Assembly (NCBI GenBank): GCA_023920165.1
Contig: CP089274.1
Location: 1,798,001 to 1,862,000, forward strand
Reading direction: 5' to 3'
Source: Curvularia clavata
Lineage: Eukaryota
DNA: 64,000 nucleotides
The translations under genes were made by a program, and so were the position numbers. Of this stretch, positions 51,361-63,203 are shown piece after piece. Below the pieces are notes generated by a model. It worked only from the letters and a program-made list of their open reading frames with translations, was not told where the DNA came from and did not search any database. How positions within the stretch are numbered: the first letter of the stretch is position 1; the number at the start of each line of letters is the position of its first letter.

Positions 51361-51841
51361 GATGTTCTTGTGGTGTTGTTGAAGTGGGATTTTTGAGACT
51401 AGGAGAAAGTGGGGACCAAGTATCTTGCATTCAATTTTCCAAAGCAAAAGCTAGGGAACTGTGCTTTAAATCTTCGAAGCCAGAGATATGGGATCATCAT
51501 TTAGCAAATGTGATGCTTGTAATGACGAATGCGGGGCGATGACGTTCCCCATAAGTAGGTACCCCACTTTGGGTAACCACCCACGTGCTCCTCAACCTAT
51601 ACACACTCCCTTATTGTTTATTTTTAGTCAAAACTGTAATCATTTTCCATGAAAAACAAATTTGTGGAAGGGAGCATTGCAGTGCTCGCTCCCAATCGTC
51701 AGTTAAAAATTTTCTGATGTTTCCATTGATATCTCGAGCGATTGACTAGTCGCCCATTGCTAAGCTTCAAGATACCTCCCATCTATCATCGCAGCCTGCA
51801 CTGATTCTTCTAGAGCCCTCTGTATAGACTGACCCCAAGAA

Positions 51842-52322
51842 CTAACCGCATGTCACAAATGCACTGACAAAAGGAGAATCTCCCGTCACACAACCGCCCA
51901 CTGGAGCCAGAAAAGCAGTACCGGAACAATCCGCGGTCTGGTAAAGAGACACTGGAGATTTATCAGCTCCTACTCGGTTTCTTTCTTCTCTCTCTCCATC
52001 TCCATTCCTCCAGTGATCCTACGAAGAGATCACTCCTTCATCAGAAAAGATTGGGTAACTCACCACTACATCCAGCCGACACGCTCGAAGTGGTGTAGCT
52101 CCGTATTGGGACGCCTGTATTGAAGCGGTCAAGCGGCTGGCACACGTTTCCGTCACCGAAAATTGGGTCCGGGTTGATGAGCGTGGAAGCCGTGCAGCCG
52201 GGACTCGAGTACTTGAGTCCAACAGCGACAAAGGCGCCACCCTGGCGGGCTTCAAGAGGAGAAGCCACAGCGGGGTCAATGGCTGCGAGGAGGGTGAGGG
52301 CGGTGGAAATGGTGAAGTGCAT
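51842..52322 (-). CDS. Small secreted cysteine-rich protein (122 aa, 6 Cys); intron 51952-52063
   Basis: Signal peptide MHFTISTALTLLAAIDPAVA followed by the propeptide SPLEAR. A GTGAGT...GCTGAT...CAG intron joins exon 2, VSLYQTADCSGTAFLAPVGGCVTGDSPFVSAFVTCG*. A TATAAA lies at about 52424-52429 on the minus strand. Confidence 0.85.
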
Positions 52323-53118
52323 TTTCAGATTTACTTTGGTAGTGTGATTGTTGTTTGGATATGAATACTCTACGAGATTGCTATAGGAAAACGTGAAGAG
52401 AAGAGAGGATAACTACAGCCCTCTTTATACTGAGATTTCCTTCTCTTTCGATTCATCCTCCACGTTCTCATTGCGAACAGCGTGAGCAATGCCAACAGTT
52501 GTCTCCAACCATCGATATCCTGGGAACCAATAGCATCACATTACTTCGCCCATGTCAATGCTTCTCAGTTGGTGTTAAACGGATTCTATCCATTCACAAA
52601 GAGTTCTTCTGTCAATAGTATTCGTCCCGCTGACACGGATAATCCGCCACATCCCACCTGGCAGATTAGCGCGGGATATCGTCCCTGTTAGGAAAGAATG
52701 TAAGCTGGACTCCCACGCCCGGTCCCTTGCGCGGAACCACACGGCTATGTTTTGGGGAACTTTCTGACCATGATATAGACTAGACGAGTCCGTGTCAACA
52801 GAAAACGCTGTTGCTTCTAATCCACTCGTGACTACGCAACACGAGCATCCACTTCTACCCAGCGTTGTTAGTGGCTGTAAGCGACTCTGAAGAAGATTGA
52901 CACATCCCTCTTTGAGGAAAAAGGCAACAGAAAATCCGACATGTTTTGTAAGCTCTGTTCTCGGATTGTGGCTAAAGCTCAAGTGGATACCAGTCTTGGC
53001 CCCATGTAATTATCGAATGTTATCCCAAGATCACAAAACCTACCAATAACTCAAAGCTTCCTCGCACGTCTAATACGGCTTAAATCTTGCGATTACCCCC
53101 ATATTGCTTACTATCAAC

Positions 53119-53921
53119 TCACATCGACCTCGCCTTACTAATGTCGGCCTCCTTCAGCTCTCGCAGCTTGCCTGTATTGGCGACCCCACCGGTGATGTTT
53201 GCCTGGAAAACCTCCTTGGCATACCCCAGAAGACCTACATCAGTCACATAGTACGAGATGTATTTAGATTTGACCTCGATGAGTGTCATTCGAGGGTCTT
53301 CGGGTCCACCAGTATGCTTTCCGTCACCGAGGTCGCCGAACCATGCGGCAGCTCCACGACTCCATACTTCCTTGATACGTGGGTCTTTGTTATCGGTGGT
53401 GGTCGCAGTACCGGTGATGGACGCCCATTCTTGTGTCTTGATGTCCTGAAAGGAAATTTGGACTTCCTTGTTCTGGTCCAGGTCGCTGAACTTTTGCGAG
53501 TGTGCATTGGCAAGGAAGAGGAAATCAGGTCCGTCGCGGCGGGCGAGAGCCATGGAGCGACCAACAGGTCCTGCAAGGATATGTTAGCCGCTGATGTATG
53601 GATTGGAACGATCAGTGGGCGGCTTCACATACCAACACCATTGCGGTACGTGTTCAGCATACATATCTTCTTCCCATCAACCAACTCAAAGAATTGCTTT
53701 ATTTGTTGGTCTTTTGGCGTCTCGTCGTCATACTGCTTCGCAACCGAAGGGTCTGTCTTGGAGTTGACCTCGCTAGCCTCGAGTTGGTCTGGCATGGTGA
53801 ATGCACGTGTAGTGGAAAAGTATTTGGGAGTGGTTCGAAAAGGTGTTGCAATGTAGACGGCGAGATGGACTCGTGGCAGAACCGTCTTAGGACTACTTAC
53901 AAATAGTCGAGCAGTAGACAT
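53119..53921 (-). CDS. bli-3: Bli-3-like / general stress protein 26 (pyridoxamine 5'-phosphate oxidase-like FMN-binding split barrel); intron 53571-53632; second ATG at 53795
   Basis: 'KTDPSVAKQYD', 'GPVGRSMALARRDGPDFLFLANAHSQKF' and 'AWFGDLGDGKHTGGPEDPR'. Confidence 0.9.
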
Positions 53922-54547
53922 GTTAGTAGACGTCGCTTAGTTTTCAACGTGGACGTAACGGTGAGATCAGAGTCAAGGGCGTCGGACAACAGCCGGAGCG
54001 TGCGTGACTGCTTGGGAGATGTATGATAGGCAGCATGACGTCGACATAGAGTTCATAGAGTAGAGTGGTGTCACTTTTGGTGGAGGTGGGCGCCTTCGAC
54101 ATATAGATGACGACGTTGTAAATCGCGTCTCGGGACGCGGCACGCTAAGGCACGATCGTCCCGCCTTCGGGTCCGTCGTTGCAGCGTGGGGGCCGACTCT
54201 AATTTCTGCAATCTGGCCTACACACTTGCCACGGTGCTAATCATCACCTTGCCGCAGAACAAGCGACCTGCAGTGTTTCCACAGTAAGACAACAGTCCAG
54301 ACAGTTTTCTCTGGCCTGTAAATCTCAGTCATTCAAAATCACAATCAAGTGCAGGATGACGAAGTAGTGATGAAGTAGAAAACCGGAACTCCGTTAGCTA
54401 GTTGCTACCCAAACCCCTCCATATAATCATAACAGTTTTAATACTCATACCTCAGCATATACGAGTCATATCGAGTTGCTGAAAGGGGTAATGGTATACG
54501 TAAAAAAGCGCCGCTGATAATCAAAGAAACGGAATCGTTGTGAGCAT

Positions 54548-56250
54548 CTACAACTCATCCTTGGCGCTCTCAGCTGTGGCCTTAGCCTTCTCTGTAGCCT
54601 CTGAAGCAACGGATGTGGCGCTGTCCTTGGCCTCCTCAGCCTTCTCCTTGACAGCCTCGGCACCCTCCTTGACGGCCTCCTTGGCGGATTCGGTAGCATC
54701 TGCAACAGAGTCAGTACCCTTTTCGCTGGCGGCGGGAGCCTGGTGAGCAAGTTTATCAGCCATACCTTCGACAGGCTCAGGTACGGTGGCCTCGGCCTTG
54801 TGTGAGCCGTTTTCCTTGATGAACTTGACAAAGTCCTCAACAGTGCGAGAACCAGAGTAGTCAACGGGGGCGTCCTTCTTGCCAGCAGGGAAGAGCTTGA
54901 TGGTGGGGAAACCCTGGACCTCGTCGGGAACGTCGTTGGCGGTAGCGTCAACCTTGGCAATGGTCACAAGCTTAGAGAGCTCTTCAGAGGCGTAGAGCTG
55001 GCCGAGCTCCTCGTACTTGGGAGCAAGAGCCTTGCAGTGGCCGCACCAAGGAGCGTAGAACTCAAGGAGAACATCCTTGTCGTTGTCCATGACAAGGTCC
55101 TTGTAGTTGTGGGCAACGACAACCTTGACGGGGCCGTCGTTGGACTCGGGAATGGGCTCAGACTTGATGCTGGGCTCAATCTTGCCAGCGAGGAAGTCAT
55201 CGACGAACTTGGAAATGCTCTTCTCGGTTATCTTGGACTCCTGGTCGAAAGGATACTTCTCGTTCTTCTTGATTTCCTGGATAGCAAAGGCGGGCCAGGT
55301 GCCGACCTTGAGGTTGAGGTTACCGGCGTGCTGGCCAAATGCTTTGGCGTCAATGGTGGCAAAGTTGATCTTGCCCTTGTGCTTGGCAGCGAGGGGCTTC
55401 AACTCCTTGACGAACTCCTCACGCTCCTCGGGAGTCTCAGCGAAGATGTATGCGAGGGGGATGCCAGCGGCGATGTATGTGCTGTATGTCTCAGGGCCAA
55501 CTTCGCCAATAAGAGGGGTGGCAGAGACCTTGGCGAACGAGCGGATAGCGTCGGCCTCAAAGGCCTCGCTGAAGATGTCCTTGCCATTGTCGAAGGACTT
55601 GTAGAGGACGAGACCGGGCTGCTTAACGCCCTCGGCCTTGGCGAGTTCGGGATCGTTGGTGGCACCGAACAGGTAGTTGTCGCGGAGGCCATTGGCGACG
55701 GATGTGAAGGTCTCGTTGGAGGCCTTGTCGTCGGCGGCGAAGTAGCCAACAAGGACAACCTTGTCGGCAGTCTTGAACTCTTCCAGTGTGTCCTTGGTGA
55801 CTTCGGAGACGGCGGGGAGGGCCTGCTTGGTCATGTACGAGATCAAGCTGTCGGCCTTGCGCTGGCCACCGTATGGCGAAATGTTCTCAAGGCCGCGGAA
55901 GACCTTGAGAGTGGGGTAGCCCTCAACGCCATACTCCTGGCAGAGATCCTGCTCCTCTGTGCAGTCGACCTTGACCAGGGCAATGTCCTTCTCCTTGAGG
56001 GCAGTGGCAGCCGTCTCGTACTCGGGGGCAAGCGCCTTGCAGTGGCCGCACCATGGGGCGAAGACTGTAGTCCAATTGTTAGCATTGCAATTGAGGGGCA
56101 GGCTGTGCTGGGGTGGGATTGCTTACACTCTGCAAGGACGAGGTCGTTCTCCTCAATGAAGCTCTTGAAGTTGTCCGTCTTGAGCTGCTTGACATCGGAC
56201 GCAGCAGCGACGGCCGCAAAGAAAGCGGCGCAGACAGTCGAGTACTTCAT
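54548..56250 (-). CDS. PDI1: Protein disulfide-isomerase; intron 56065-56126
   Basis: Signal peptide, two 'APWCGHCKALAP' sites, a-b-b'-a' layout, C-terminal KDEL and strong codon bias. Confidence 0.98.
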
Positions 56251-57769
56251 TGTGCTGTAGTGGGGTATGGCAGAGTATGTAGAGGAGAGAAAGGTCAAAT
56301 GTCCTCTGCACGGCGAATGAAGTAGAAGTAGGAGGAGAGCGGTGAGGCGTGGGCCTTTTATTTCTAGTGGACGTCGTGGCGGCAAGATACAGAGTGAACA
56401 CCTTGCCTGTTCAGAGTGGAGCACTAAAGTGGCCTAGCGCGAAGAGCAACCCCACATGCCCTGCAGCGGCCCTGGTGCGGCGGTCCTCGCCTCAGTGTAG
56501 AGTCAGACCACGTGTGCTTCACTGCCCTTGGCCACCCATTCCTAGTATACTGCCTGCTACTATTCTGTGCCGCCTTACTCTAGGGTTCCTCTACCTCATT
56601 CTCACTCCGCCCCGCACCATTCCGCCGGCTAAGGCCTGTTGCGGCTAGCCCGGGCCGCTGCCCTGTCCCAATGCATTTCACTAATCTCGAGACTGCTTTT
56701 TATTTAGTACCTTTGACCAGGGCAATGGTCAGCAATCAGAGGCCAGGTGTCCAATCCAAGCCATTTTTTGCGCGTCTTGTCTATTTTTCCGCTTTCCAGC
56801 AAATCAGGTACCATCAACTGCAATCGCTCCCATTCTCGGTCCGGACAGTCGGTCACCGAATTACGGAAATATTAAGCGTATCATGCTATGTTTAAGAGAA
56901 TCTGACGCTTAAAAACTGACTAGTCTTCCAAGCGATACGTGGAGCCGGCTGGCTAAGTAAGGACACCGTGTGCTGTCTGGGATTGGCAGTGGACGGTTTT
57001 AAACAGTGTCGTCCAGGCCATTCTGATTGCATCTGCCGAACCAAGATTGAACTAGGCCATTCCATATACATTTGTCAGGGTCCAATCTTATGGGTAACAG
57101 GCCTTAATTACTGTCAACACCTTGGCTGGCTTTTTTTTTTTCGAATGCCGGAAACATTCCGCTCTTGGTGTCGACAGTGTGCATACGTTCGTAGGAATAA
57201 GCTACACAAGACGCGATGTGCCATGTTGCACTAGGTACCTAGGCCTTAGTCCTAAATACCACGACACCCATGAGGGCGCTTTCAAGCTCCACCAGTACTC
57301 TTGCCCAGAGCGGAACAGCCCCAGACTTTCTGTTTCTTCGTAGGATTTTATCAAATGGGGTCGGGTTGTTCTACGCTGTTCTTCTCAGTGCTAAGGCTGA
57401 CGAGTCTGACATGAAGAGACTTGTATGCACAATTGTCTAGCAAACCTTTGGGAAGATGGATAACACAGATCAATTCTTCACGGAGTAGACTGACCAAACA
57501 TCGACTAGGGTACAGAAACAGATAGCTCATACAATTCGACCACAACGAGTGAGAGATAGTCCTGGTCTACCATCGCTAATAGCTGCTCTATCTGTACGTA
57601 GTGTCAGGCACATGACCTCCATGCATCGGGTAGGTCATCACCTTTGGATTTGAGGTTTCTTGGTCAAGACATGCACAGTCATCCCCAGCGAGTAAACCCT
57701 GGTAACAGCCCAATGGTTAGCATGCGGTATCATCTGCAGTACTGATTCTACATACCGTAGCGGTGGTCC

Positions 57770-57961
57770 TTAGGGAGCGCAAGTATCGCACGCCTTCCTT
57801 ATGCATTGGTCGATGACGTAAGGAGTATTGTTAGGGCTAGGATTTGGCAACCCTATCTGCTCACACCAGCCGATACAAGGACCTAATTTCTTGTTTAGGT
57901 TTGGATTGCAGGCCGCAAAGGCGGCCGGTAGCATTGTTATAAGGATCATGAGAGACTTCAT
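57770..57961 (-). CDS. Small secreted six-Cys peptide (63 aa), effector/antimicrobial-peptide candidate
   Basis: aacATG context, signal peptide MKSLMILITMLPAAFA and 6 Cys. A canonical intron at 57699-57755 lies just 3' of the stop, and TATTTAAA lies about 85 nt upstream. Confidence 0.72.
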   Translation of the reverse strand: MKSLMILITMLPAAFAACNPNLNKKLGPCIGWCEQIGLPNPSPNNTPYVIDQCIRKACDTCAP

Positions 57962-59171
57962 GTTAAGAGTATGTTGTTTGCGTCACCGATGATTGGCTGC
58001 TCAACGATGTTAAGACAAGTGATACAGCGACGCATACAACACGTTTAAATACTTTCAACCTATCTCCCCTACATGTTAGGGGTTATTCATACTAACTCTT
58101 TGTGCATATGAGTATCTGCATAATTACGATAGCACAGCGATATAATGTGGGTCAGACTTCCAATTTTTATTTGGCGGTACGTCGAATTAATTAAAAATAG
58201 TTATATTTTAGCAAGGCCAGAAGTAGTGCATAGCGCACAAGACAGCTAATCTTCGTATCAGGAACCAGACTTGACTCTGACCCTTGCCAATCGTTCCACA
58301 ATGAACAGTTCTGCTACTTGAAGGAATTGATAATGTCGCAACGCATCGGTGAATACGAGCGAGTATTATTAGTCTGCATTAATGCTGCGTTTTACCAAAG
58401 TTTTAGCATGCACATGTTTGGCGTGTTCTACAAATATACCTCAAGCGTACAGATATTGGAAAACCGTATTGGATTTTGCATTCTAAAAAGCATGCCGCGG
58501 GCCTTCATCAACACTACGAATGCGCCAGGTTTGTAGTTCAAAGGGAGTTACCATAGGCAGCGACAAAGTTCCAAGAAGATCCCAGCAAGATAAATACCCC
58601 AATCTCCAAGAACGGCAACTTTGCCCTTCTCCACTCCCCCATCACACTATTTCCCCATCTTAGCCATCATCTGCTTTGTCAGACCATACCATGGCAGAAG
58701 TCCCATGATGCCCTAGCGCAGCCTGATGACGTTTCCGATTCCTTTACACACCGACCAGATAACTTGCTGAGAAATGTCGCCGCGGAAGAGAGCTCCCATC
58801 AGTGGACGAGCTATCTCTCCCCGCCCGGCTTCCCCAAACCGTCCACCCCGCACTTGCGCGTGGCTCAGCTTGGGCTTATAGAACACAGCTCCCGTACCAT
58901 TTGCAATAGGCACTAGGACAACATTTCCACCGGATAAATTGGCAAAACTGCCTTTATCAGCCTTTTACTACAAGCTTGTGGCAGCAGACTATTCGCTACT
59001 ACATGCACCTAACTCCGCTTTGATACCTTGATTGGTAAAATATAAAATCTCTGGGCGTTGTTTGAGCTTAAACGCTTTCTTCTACTTTTGCATAAGTTTT
59101 TTTTTATCTTAACACACCGCAGTTTAGGACTGAGATCACACACCAAAAGAGTCAGACAGGAGAAGAAAACC

Positions 59172-60300
59172 ATGGCAGACGCAGAAGAGCAATATAAGCT
59201 CTCTCAGGATCAAATCGACTTCTTCTTGGAAAATGGCTGGCTCAAGTTGAGCAATTGCTTTACGCAGGAGCAGGCAGAGAGCTTGCAAGAGAATCTCTGG
59301 ACGAGATTGGGTATGGATCCGAATGATATGTCGACATGGTATGTGACTCTTCTTTACGATTGCAATCTTAACCCTGCTTTGCTCATTCCAATGCAAAAAC
59401 TATTGAAGAGAACCTGCTGCAAAGACACCCTCACTAACACAACGCCCGTGTTCCAGGCATACCGAACGCACCAACATGCCCTTCTTCCACGAATTCTCCG
59501 TTTCGGAATTCGCCCCCAAAGCCTGGGGCGGCATCTGCTCCTTACTTGGCGGCTCCTCGCGCGTGGATTCCAACGCGTCCACCTGGAAAGACGGCTTCAT
59601 CGTCAATCTCGGCACGCCCGAAGGCCACAACACCGTTGTGCGCCCACAAGACCTGCCAGGCTGGCACGTAGACGGCGACTTCTTCGTGCACTACCTCGAC
59701 AGCCCCGAGCAGGCTCTCCTCGTCATCCCGCTGTGGACCGATATTGTTGCTGGCGGCGGTGGAACGTATATCTGCCCTGCGGCCATTCCACATGTTGCCA
59801 AGCACCTATTCGAGAACCCCGATGGCGTGAGTCCGCGCATGACGCCGCGGGCGCAGAACCCAGAGTTCGTACAAGAGCAGGGCCTCACGTGGTTTAATAA
59901 TCTGGCCAAGAGTATGCCTGATGAGGCGTTTGTCGAGGCCACTGGTGTCGTTGGCGATGTGTATTTGCTACATCCGCTGATGCTGCACTCTGCGTCGAAT
60001 AATCAGCTGAGAAAGGTGAGAGTGATTACGAATCCGCCGGTTAGTGTCAAGGAGCCGTTTTTGTTTGATCGCGAAGATGGAAACTATAGTGTTGTGGAGA
60101 GGAAGACGATGAAGGCGTTGGGTAAAGACAGGATTGAAGGGTTTAAGATTACGGGGCAGAGGCAGCGCGTTGTTCCGGAGAGGGTGCGGATTCAAGAGGA
60201 GATGAAGAAGAAGGAAGAAGAAAGGCTGAAGAAGTTAAAGGAGAGTGCGGGTATGGATGCGGGAAAGGAGGGGGTACAGACGATTTCTACAGCGGCATAG
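59172..60300 (+). CDS. Phytanoyl-CoA dioxygenase (PhyH)-like Fe(II)/2-oxoglutarate oxygenase; intron 59339-59456
   Basis: 'LSQDQIDFFLENGWLKL', the HxD motif 'WHVDGD' and 'GDVYLLHPLMLHSAS...R'. GTATGT...ACTAAC...CAG intron. Confidence 0.9.
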
Positions 60301-60446
60301 AATCTCCAGTATGCATGATTAAAATATAGTTTCATGTAAACATTATCTTATTCATCGTTCTATCATGCTGCCGTACACCATCGTACAGCTTGTTTTTACA
60401 TCATGCAGACATTATTAGGCTACCACCACGGGTGCTATTCCATAGC

Positions 60447-62464
60447 CTAATTTCCGGTCCACCAGACGTAGTTGTTAGTCTCCTCTGGTGTGTCATAGAC
60501 AAGCTTGCTGCTCGAGTTGACCGGCCTCTCGGGGAAAATGTTCAGGTCAATATCCCAGACCTTCATGTCCTGGGCCTTGACAGTCGCACCCTCCTCGGCC
60601 CAAATACCGAATCCGGTGCTGTCAGTGCGAGCAGGGTAGATGCGAGTCGTCAGCCAGAAGCGGTCGTTGACATGGACCTCGACGAGGGATCCATCAATGA
60701 AGATGTCCATGTGCAGAGATTCAGTGGTGCCGTTGGCGAAAGTGTAAGGGGCGAAGTACCCAAGCATGGTATAGTTGGCGAATTCCTGGATCGAAGACGA
60801 GTGCGATCGGTCTACATTGATGGTGTAGTTCTCGGGGCTGTACCAGACAATAGTCTGCTCCTCGTGGTTAGGCGACTGTGCAATGACGACACCAGCAGGA
60901 CCAGTGAAGTCAGAAAGGGTAACCTGGAGGTGCATATGGCTAGTGCCGTTACCGGAGATTTCTCCGTTGGCGCAGCCATCCTTCTTCGTCTGAATAACTT
61001 GGGGCTCGGATCCGTTGTGGAGAGCTTCAACAATCTCAGGCAGAGGGCGGGCACCTAGAGTGTATCCAGTAAAGGTACCATTGCTGTGCTCGACAACACG
61101 AGTGTTGCCCTTGGTAGTCAACTGCGAATTGTTGTTGGTCAAGTGGTTGGTCTTGATGACGTACATCTCCCGAGGGATGGCCATAGCGCCTTGGTAGCCT
61201 GACTGGGTAATGGCAAAGTTATTGTTCTCCTCGTTAGCCCAGCCCCATTGGATGCGTCGGTCGTTCTTGGTGTCCATGAAGCTAGTGACAGCGTACAGCA
61301 GACCCGAGTCGATGGCACCGCCAGAGAGTGGGGTAAACTCAACCGAGCCGTTCTCACGCTTGGTGACCTGACCCTCGTTCCAGAGGCCCCATTGCGCACG
61401 TGGGTGCCAAGTCAAGTTTCCACCCTCGGTGCCCATGAGGACATAGTAGTGAACATCGTCATCCTTGTCAGTCAGAGAGAAGAAGTTGGATCTGCTGCAG
61501 TTAGTCTCTGGTCCACAGCCTCGGTTTTGTGTTTACTTACACCTCAAAGTTGAAGCCATAGGTTCCGGTCTCGAGCAGAGAACCAAGAGTCTCATTCCTC
61601 TTCGGCTCCCACAGAGCACCCAAGAAGGTCCAATCAGTCAAGTTGCTTGCAGGGGCACTGTAGAAGGGGATGCGACCACCGCCGTTCTCTCCCTTGATGC
61701 CGGAGCCCATTGCCATGTACCAGTGGGGCTCCTTGTGTCCAAGGAGAGCATCCATTTCTGGCCAGGGCTGATAAGAGTCAGTATAGGTTGTGCAGGTGTG
61801 TCAAAACGAGGCATCTTACCTCGACAAAGGGGTCACGCCATCCAGTGATGTTCCAGCCCTCGGGGGGATGAGACAGGATAGGATTACCAGCATACTGCTC
61901 CCAAGTCTTGCCGCCATCCTTGGAAATGGCAATGCTCTGCTTCTCAGTTCCGGGGATATAGGGTATCTGCCAGTTGGTTGGCAGATACTGCACCGAAGTG
62001 TAGAAGTTGATGAGCGTGCCATCCTGCTCGCCCTGGAGGTTGTAAGGCTGGCCAGTGCCGGAGAAGATACCCAAACCATAGTAACTAGAGTTCCTGGAGT
62101 CTGGGTTGGGTCCAGTGCCGAGAGATTGGGCCTTGTCATCTTCCCAGCCGCCAACGTCGGTCCATGTGATCATGTCCTTGGAGGTGGCGTGTCCCCAGGA
62201 GATGTTCCCCCAGTTGACGTGATTAGGATGCCATTGGTAATGGAGATGATAAGTTTTTGTCGTAGGATCATACAGCATACCACAGGGGTCGTTCAACCAT
62301 CCAGCTGGTCCACTGAAATGGTAGGTTGGGCGCCATCGGTTGAAAAGAGTGTTGTTGCCAAGACCCTGGATGATGTCTGCCGTGAGCACAGCAGGGAGTT
62401 CCTGTGCACCGACAGCAGAGAGACTACCAAGCGCAAGGCTCAGAAGGGGAGAAGAGCGAAACAT
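60447..62464 (-). CDS. Secreted GH32 beta-fructofuranosidase/invertase (fructosyltransferase-like clade); introns 61768-61819, 61492-61540
   Basis: Signal peptide, 'WLNDPCG', 'WGHATSKD', 'FSG', 'WRDP', 'NFEV' and a C-terminal beta-sandwich 'DGSLVEV'. Confidence 0.95.
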
Positions 62465-62729
62465 GATGCTCAGCGTGGATGATGTCGACACTATGTACTG
62501 TTAGTTTTCTTCTTTGAAAACGTTGTCTGATAGTCTACAAGACTGTCGAGCGAGGCTTGAAGAATATGGAATGCACTCTGAAGGCGATGGAGACATACCG
62601 GAGTAATGGGCTTGCGGTCGATGCTCTAACTTCACAGCAGCAACGCGACCCTTATGTATTCGTCCCCAGTGGAACTAAAAGTCCCCACTGGGATAGTCGG
62701 GAATGCGATCATACTAGCCAAGTCCCAGA

Positions 62730-63203
62730 CCGCGTGGGCTCCGAGTCCATGGCTTGGGTTGACATCTACTATAGGATGGTGTGAGGCCGGAGGCAATGGC
62801 CTGTGTCGGCACCCATGCCGGGGGCCAAGATGCGGTCATTAGCACGATAAGAATCCCCGCATAGTTGACATAAGACTCCACGGTTCCCCACACGTGGTGG
62901 AAGGTGGCTATGTTCTCGAACACGGTTGGATTACCGGGCAAAATGCGCCACCACATATTTCATACTCTGGCTGCATTATGTTAGACAGCGAACGAACCTG
63001 GCGAGGCGGCAGTCTCTCCGACCGTCCTCGTGATGTCTGCGCTCAGTCCATTCTGGAAAAAAGTTTTTGGCCGCCAACCACGTAGCGTAGGGCTTAAATG
63101 ACCGAGAACGGACCTTGCTAGGCGTGGAGTTGTTTGTGGCCGAGTAACCTCCCGAGATCCAAGTCTCGATGCGGATACGGCCAGGATCGCGGCATGCTAC
63201 CGG
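62730..63203. promoter_or_regulatory. Two CGG-N8-CGG elements (62730-62743 on the minus strand, 63190-63203 on the plus strand) upstream of the GH32 gene, amid several SYGGRG CreA-type sites
   Basis: The motifs are read directly. CGG-N8-CGG is the element described for Aspergillus InuR/AmyR. Function here is inferred. Confidence 0.4.

Noticed and set aside
1810..56250. Apparent cluster of trafficking genes (Sro7, Pkr1, AMSH, Mon1, PDI)
   Set aside because: They are spread over 55 kb among unrelated genes, which is compatible with chance.
55037..56260. 407-aa plus-strand ORF
   Set aside because: Antisense shadow of the codon-biased PDI1 gene. The same applies to antisense ORFs over the PTP (36795-37556), Bli-3 (53104-53856), GH32 (60390-61058, 61790-62482) and the Rsc58-like gene (6681-7553).
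56508..56514. CCACGTG as a UPR element upstream of PDI1, and single MCB/CRE motifs upstream of the ASPM-like gene
   Set aside because: Isolated 6-8-mers are expected by chance and cannot be supported without conservation data.
40074..60300. Secondary-metabolite cluster suggested by the PRISE SDR, GST and PhyH oxygenase
   Set aside because: No PKS, NRPS, terpene synthase or repeat-type RiPP precursor is present, and the genes are interleaved with housekeeping genes.
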